From the NCBI GenBank assembly GCA_045546375.1, contig JAZQCR010000128.1:192-64191 (forward strand): a DNA stretch of 64,000 nucleotides, read 5' to 3'. Origin of the DNA: Eubacteriales bacterium (GTDB taxonomy: Bacteria > Bacillota > Clostridia > Oscillospirales > CAG-272). The notes beneath the pieces were generated by a model. That model did no database searches and was not told where the DNA came from. It was given only the letters and a program-made list of their open reading frames with translations. Below, one piece after another: positions 63,380 to 64,000 of this stretch (positions within the stretch are counted from its first letter, which is position 1; each line of letters starts with the position of its first letter). The position numbers and the translations under genes were made by a program.

Positions 63380-63875
63380 TTTGACTCCACGGCAAGCTTT
63401 GCTAGTTTTGTGGAATGCACTATTAAGTCAATCACAGGATGCCAATTTAACTTTGAATAACACCATTTTACTAATGGAGCGTCTTCGCATTCTCGATGGA
63501 AATTTCCAAATTAGCAAAATTAGTTATAATCAGTTGTACAATGCGATGATTATAAAACCTATGATTCATAGGTTTTATAATCAGATGACCCAAAACATAT
63601 ATTATAGTATTTTAAAAATAGAGAGCCATTTTTCGGGCGATCCGAGTCGTATATTCGATTCTTCAAATGAAAGTCAAATTAAAAGTAATTTGATGATTTT
63701 TAGAGGTATTGGTATGCATAAGGCAGAAATAGCTACTACTGTTGTGAAATTATATCAAACAGGAAAAAAGTCAAATGCGAATTCTATAAAACGGTGCGCA
63801 AAAAGTTGCCCCTCATTAATAAGCACGCTGAACTTAGAATTTTGTCTATTGGACAAAGTGGGTGAATTGGGGTGA
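63354..63875 (+). CDS. Hypothetical protein (173 aa), possible helix-hairpin-helix element
   Basis: The ATG at 63354 overlaps the end of the MazG-like gene. LMIFRGIGMHKAEIATTVV looks like an HhH GIG motif, but the match is weak. Confidence 0.5.
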   Translation: MVLENGHIDLTPRQALLVLWNALLSQSQDANLTLNNTILLMERLRILDGNFQISKISYNQLYNAMIIKPMIHRFYNQMTQNIYYSILKIESHFSGDPSRIFDSSNESQIKSNLMIFRGIGMHKAEIATTVVKLYQTGKKSNANSIKRCAKSCPSLISTLNLEFCLLDKVGELG

Positions 63876-63879
63876 AATA

Positions 63880-64000
63880 ATGATTAATAAAGTGTTTTTT
63901 GATATAACCAAGTATTGCAATGCTTCTTGCGTATATTGTTTTACAGATTCTATAAAATTTGGTTCTGATAGTATTAATGAAATGTCTTGTTATAATATTA
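63880..64000 (+). CDS. Radical SAM enzyme, N-terminal fragment (truncated by the window end)
   Basis: My translation gives MINKVFFDITKYCNASCVYCFTDS..., which contains the CxxxCxxC [4Fe-4S] motif. The RBS GGGGTGA lies upstream. Confidence 0.75.
   Translation, partial: MINKVFFDITKYCNASCVYCFTDSIKFGSDSINEMSCYNI

Overview
This window looks like a low-GC Firmicutes (Clostridia-like) chromosome segment. It opens with an RNA cluster: tRNA-Lys, two tandem 5S rRNA genes and tRNA-Asn (91-568). A roughly 50 kb block follows (about 600-50260) in which almost every gene is on the + strand. I read it as an integrative conjugative element (ICE), although no integrase or recombinase is visible in the window.

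ICE contents, in order:
- An accessory or leading-type region (1.0-9.9 kb): XRE regulator, orphan Dcm-type and Dam-type methyltransferases, an HTH plus nucleotidyltransferase pair, and DUF1281-like, AbrB-like, YodL/DUF3846-like and SpoVG-like proteins.
- A complete Tad/Flp-like type IVc pilus locus (9.9-17.3 kb), followed by a 979-aa secreted protein.
- A Gram-positive type IV secretion module (20.7-25.8 kb): VirB6-like, PrgI/VirB3-like, split VirB4, NlpC/P60 hydrolase.
- An amidoligase plus gamma-glutamylcyclotransferase module.
- Two giant Sec-signal RHS/YD-repeat polymorphic toxins (1972 and 2524 aa). Each has its own C-terminal toxin tip and a downstream putative immunity gene. They are separated by a stretch of gene remnants.
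- A relaxosome and coupling module: RHH protein, MOB relaxase, DUF3991/Toprim protein, VirD4.

Right of the ICE lie:
- An agr-type quorum-sensing locus: agrB, an unlisted 42-aa agrD, an XRE regulator, a LytTR response regulator and an AgrC-like kinase.
- An operon encoding a truncated pyruvate-kinase-like protein, a PF14907-like nucleotidyltransferase and two ABC exporters.
- A WYL regulator.
- A 1.1 kb stretch with no ORF of 60 aa or more.
- A MazG-like / unknown / radical-SAM cluster that is cut off by the window end.

Most interesting observation: an 11-bp half-site (CCAAWTAYMCC) occurs as a direct repeat with 21-bp phasing at six places. These are in front of agrBD, divergently in front of the PK-like operon, in front of both RHS toxin genes, and twice in the ORF-free region. 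Where a -10 hexamer can be assigned, it usually lies 29 nt downstream. This suggests a single LytTR/agr regulon linking quorum sensing to ICE-borne contact toxins and to two uncharacterised operons.

All family assignments come from motif recognition by eye. No database search was run.
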